From Alphaproteobacteria bacterium MarineAlpha12_Bin1 (GTDB taxonomy: Bacteria; Pseudomonadota; Alphaproteobacteria; UBA6615): a DNA stretch of 64,000 nt. Under the pieces are notes generated by a model. It was not told the origin of the DNA. It did not search any database and was given only the letters and a program-made list of their open reading frames with translations. Every line of letters begins with the position of its first letter. Position 1 is the stretch's first letter. Shown piece after piece: positions 60,604 through 64,000 of this stretch. Both the position numbers and the translations under genes were made by a program. The stretch covers positions 472,986 to 536,985 of the forward strand of contig PTJY01000001.1 of NCBI GenBank assembly GCA_002937505.1, in the 5' to 3' direction.

Positions 60604-61497
60604 TCAAACCGGATCTGAATCTCGAATATTATCAAATTGGGGATAAAGTAAACTATAATCTTTTTCAGACATCCCCATATTTATTGCTTTTTCAAGAAAA
60701 TTATAGGTCTGATTTGTGTAGTTTGCTTCCACTCCCATGGAATGGGCCATTCGGACTGCCATCCCAAGGTCCTTATTTAGGTTGTATACTCGAGATCTCG
60801 CATCCCATGTTTCTGACAGAATATGTCTAGGAAAACGAAACTCACTCGAATAACTTCGAGCATTAGAATTGTTAAAGACTTCAATCATGTCCTTAAGAGA
60901 AATACCGGCAGCTTCCGCCAGACGCCCAGCCTCACAATTCGTGAGAAATATTGTATGTACGACCATATTATGTATGAGCTTCATGGCGTGCCCAGCTCCA
61001 CTTTCTCCAAGATAATAAATATTTTTTGCAATCGAAACCAATAGATCACGATGTTTGTTAAAAACATCTTCATTACCACCAATCATAAGAGTGAGTTCTC
61101 CCGAATCCGCTCCCGTGGCGCCGCCACTCATTGCTGCATCCATGTAATAAATTCCCTTTTCGGAAGCCAGCGCCGCAACCCTTTTCGTGTCTTCGGGAAA
61201 TGAAGTTGTTAAATCAAAAATGGTTGTCTCAGGAAAAGCGTTGGCTAACACACCCTCATCACCTAGCAATGTTTTTTCTATTTCTAAAGTAGCCGGCACA
61301 ACATAAAACAAAGTAGCACCCTCAAGAGCCATTTTATCAGGCGACATAATAAAAACGTTATTCCGATCTCTAAAATATTCTAGAGCAGAATTATCAATAT
61401 CCCAGACAGCCGTTGAATAGCCTGCCTCAGCAAAATTCTTTGCAACACCGCGCCCCATGTTTCCTAGACCTACGACGCCTACTGAAACTTTAGTCAT
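60604..61497 (-). CDS. Beta-hydroxyacid dehydrogenase (3-hydroxyisobutyrate/GarR family)
   Basis: VGLGNMG, DAAMSGG, LTLMIGG, catalytic K in AMKLIHN, KDL. Confidence 0.88.
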   Translation of the reverse strand: MTKVSVGVVGLGNMGRGVAKNFAEAGYSTAVWDIDNSALEYFRDRNNVFIMSPDKMALEGATLFYVVPATLEIEKTLLGDEGVLANAFPETTIFDLTTSFPEDTKRVAALASEKGIYYMDAAMSGGATGADSGELTLMIGGNEDVFNKHRDLLVSIAKNIYYLGESGAGHAMKLIHNMVVHTIFLTNCEAGRLAEAAGISLKDMIEVFNNSNARSYSSEFRFPRHILSETWDARSRVYNLNKDLGMAVRMAHSMGVEANYTNQTYNFLEKAINMGMSEKDYSLLYPQFDNIRDSDPV

Positions 61498-61571
61498 AAA
61501 CACTACTCCATTGTTATTTTATAAAAAATGCAACTAACTCTGCGAACTAAGTTTCTTAGCGAGCTGTTTAA

Positions 61572-62693
61572 TTATTGATAATATTCATCGAGGTTTAACG
61601 GCAATACAAGCTCTTGCCTTCTTCTAGAAGATAAATCCATAGCCATAGTCAAAAGGAGGTTCATATGCCCTTCAGCAGCTGTTGCATGCGGAGTTTTCAT
61701 CCCCGTATATAAATGTTGATACCAAGAATTGGTTTCCTCCCTCATAGGGCCCCAAAACTGTCCATTATAAACATCCCCAGCAGGATAGCTGGTCAGGAAA
61801 TCCACATGTCGTTGATACTCTGGAGTAAATCCATCCGGCACGTAGCCGCCTCCTTGTGGAACTTCTGTGGCTAAAACCAAATCACGATGTGTGTCTTCAA
61901 CATCTATCACGCCTTTATCGCCAATAATACCTATCTCTAAACCATATACGGCCCCCGGCCACACTACTGGAGCAGCCCAGCTAATATTCATAGAAAACAT
62001 CGTGTCATCGTCCATTACAAACACACCAAAAGTCGAATCTTTAGTGCCATACTGTGAAAGGGCTAGATCATTAGAACGAGCATAAACTGATACCGGCGTC
62101 TTTCCTTCCATTAACCACATAGACATATCTAGAGCATGCGTTCCTGAAACAACCATTGGGGTTAAGTTTTGACGTTGATTGGTTCTCTGCACAGTTGCGA
62201 TAGGTACCATGCGGTTCATTATTGCCCGAGTAACCACGCCTGTGACCTGACCAATTTGGCCATTGTTAAGACGTTCTTTAATCGCAAGAAATCGCCTTCG
62301 GAATCTATTCGTGTAGCCTACAACGGCATCTACTTCAGCATCTTCAATAGCGTTTAAAACCTTCTGGGATTCTCTAACATCCGTTGCCAGCGGTTTTTCT
62401 ATAAATAAATTATGACCCTGTTCGACTGCAGAAAGTATAGGAAGCATATGATGATTCTCATCAGTTGAGATAATAACAGCATTCACTTCCGGCCGCTTCA
62501 CAAGTTCTTCATAATTAGTCGTAAAAAAATCAGCGCCAGTATCTTCGACTAATTTTTGGCCTAGGTCTTCTTTGAGGTCACATAGCCCTAACCAACCGAT
62601 CCCTGGATAATCTCGAGCCATTTCAGCTCGAATCCGACCTATAGTGCCACAACCTATTATGGCCAAACCAATTTCTTTACGTGTGCTTGTCAT
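61572..62693 (-). CDS. Gfo/Idh/MocA oxidoreductase, paralog B
   Basis: IIGCGTIG, LFIEKP, VGY.NRF, THALD. Confidence 0.9.
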   Translation of the reverse strand: MTSTRKEIGLAIIGCGTIGRIRAEMARDYPGIGWLGLCDLKEDLGQKLVEDTGADFFTTNYEELVKRPEVNAVIISTDENHHMLPILSAVEQGHNLFIEKPLATDVRESQKVLNAIEDAEVDAVVGYTNRFRRRFLAIKERLNNGQIGQVTGVVTRAIMNRMVPIATVQRTNQRQNLTPMVVSGTHALDMSMWLMEGKTPVSVYARSNDLALSQYGTKDSTFGVFVMDDDTMFSMNISWAAPVVWPGAVYGLEIGIIGDKGVIDVEDTHRDLVLATEVPQGGGYVPDGFTPEYQRHVDFLTSYPAGDVYNGQFWGPMREETNSWYQHLYTGMKTPHATAAEGHMNLLLTMAMDLSSRRRQELVLPLNLDEYYQ

Positions 62694-62963
62694 TACAAAT
62701 TATTCCTCTTTCCTAAATACTCTTGGGCGTTACCTCTTTAACAATTCAGGGATTAAATGGAATTAATTTATTTTATCCTTGATACCTGAAATATAAGGTT
62801 TTGATAATAGAGGTTTATTTAATGTTTGTATTACTAGAATGGGACCGTTTAAAGCATCTAAAGTCCCATAAAGTAACAAAGGTTATTAATTACGGTTGCA
62901 GAGACTAACCGCTTAGGTATAAATCTATTCTAATTAAATTAGATTTTCTAGGAGCAATTGGCA

Positions 62964-63971
62964 ATGTATTCAGTTGATATTCACGCTCATTTTTTTACTC
63001 GAGGTTACATAGATACACTTGATAAGTATGGGCATAAAGTAGATTGGTCTGTCGAGTATAACAATGATGGATCAGTAATAATGAGTTCCCAAAACAACAG
63101 AACTGTAGGCCCTATTGACCCTAGTTATTTTGACATAACTGCCCGATTAGAGGGACTTGAACGGCAAGAGACAGACCTGCATGCTCTTTCTCTAACTAAT
63201 CCAATGTGTCATTTCAGCGACGACTCGCTTAATCTTGATTTGGCTCAAGCATATAATGATGGAACGTCAGAGTTTCATGTAGCGCATCCCGATCGTTTTG
63301 TCGGCCTTATAACGTTACCAATGCTTAATGCAGATGATGCAATAAGAGAATTAGAAAGGGCAGCAAAACTGCCAGGCACTAAAGGTGTCTATATGGGAAC
63401 TAACATAGCCGGCCATAATTTATCCGAAGAGAGGTTCGAAAGCATTTTTGATAAAATAGCAGAACTAAATCTCCCAATATTTTTGCACCCAGGAAATGTA
63501 ATAGGCGCAAACCGGCTTACCCATTATCACACAATCAATACTATCGGAAACCCAACAGACACTGCAGTAGCTGCAACATTCTTGATTTTTAGCGGTATAT
63601 TGGACAAACACCCAAAATTAGAGGTGTGCCTTCCCCACGCAGGAGGCACTTTCCCTATACTAATTGGCAGAATTGATCATGGATGGACCGTCCGCCAGGA
63701 ATGCAAACATTTGACCAACGCACCATCAACTTATTTAAGAAGATTCACATACGACACTATAGGGCACGCAAATTACGTTATGAGATACTTAACTGATTTG
63801 GTTGGCTATGACAGAATTCTACTGGGCAGCGATTTTTGTTTCGACATGGGGCATGAAAAACCTGTTCAGAACGTTAAGAGCTATGATTGGCTTAATGATC
63901 AAGAAAAAAGGGCAATTATTGGAGAAAACGCTTGCCGTATCTTAGGAATAGAAATTCCAGTGGAAATTTAA
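62964..63971 (+). CDS. Amidohydrolase_2 family protein (ACMSD/LigW-like decarboxylase or hydratase)
   Basis: DIHAH, FLHP, HAGGTFP, GSDF.FDMG; ATG 62964 fits AGGAG spacing. Confidence 0.88.
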   Translation: MYSVDIHAHFFTRGYIDTLDKYGHKVDWSVEYNNDGSVIMSSQNNRTVGPIDPSYFDITARLEGLERQETDLHALSLTNPMCHFSDDSLNLDLAQAYNDGTSEFHVAHPDRFVGLITLPMLNADDAIRELERAAKLPGTKGVYMGTNIAGHNLSEERFESIFDKIAELNLPIFLHPGNVIGANRLTHYHTINTIGNPTDTAVAATFLIFSGILDKHPKLEVCLPHAGGTFPILIGRIDHGWTVRQECKHLTNAPSTYLRRFTYDTIGHANYVMRYLTDLVGYDRILLGSDFCFDMGHEKPVQNVKSYDWLNDQEKRAIIGENACRILGIEIPVEI

Positions 63972-64000
63972 CTTAATTTGTTTTTTATTATAAATTTAAC

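Noticed and set aside
222..62357. Numerous 60-135 aa antisense or alternate-frame ORFs inside assigned genes
   Set aside because: Shadow ORFs of well-supported genes, with no independent motifs or RBS.
1..64000. CRISPR arrays, IS elements, prophage or defence systems
   Set aside because: I saw no repeat-spacer periodicity and no transposase, integrase, phage or defence-nuclease genes; this was by eye, so short degenerate remnants could be missed.

Overview
AT-rich, densely coded chromosomal segment of an alphaproteobacterium. The gene set and synteny (rpmH-rnpA-yidD-yidC-engB-argB, dapDE, def-fmt-truA, ffs-dnaX-ybaB-recR, kdsB-pheA, yejABEF, zf-CHCC/polA, chvIG) suggest a streamlined, probably marine, Rhodospirillales-like lineage; this is inference, not a database result. 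About 1-28 kb and 43-55 kb are mostly housekeeping. Two accessory catabolic regions stand out. The first (about 29-42 kb) has two paralogous luciferase-like monooxygenases, a cupin, an amidohydrolase, an SDR lacking the catalytic Tyr, an MFS and a TRAP system whose binding protein lacks the usual Arg. The second (about 55-64 kb) has an extradiol dioxygenase, an HsaA-like monooxygenase, two paralogous non-canonical Gfo/Idh/MocA enzymes, a tandem barrel-domain protein, a DctP with no signal peptide, a beta-hydroxyacid dehydrogenase and an ACMSD-like amidohydrolase. Features absent from the ORF track: rpmH, a zf-CHCC gene, the SRP RNA and two tandem tRNA-Arg genes. The tRNAs differ at 4 of 77 nt and carry different anticodons (ACG and UCG), which looks like duplication followed by an anticodon switch. 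I saw no integrase, transposase, prophage or CRISPR array.
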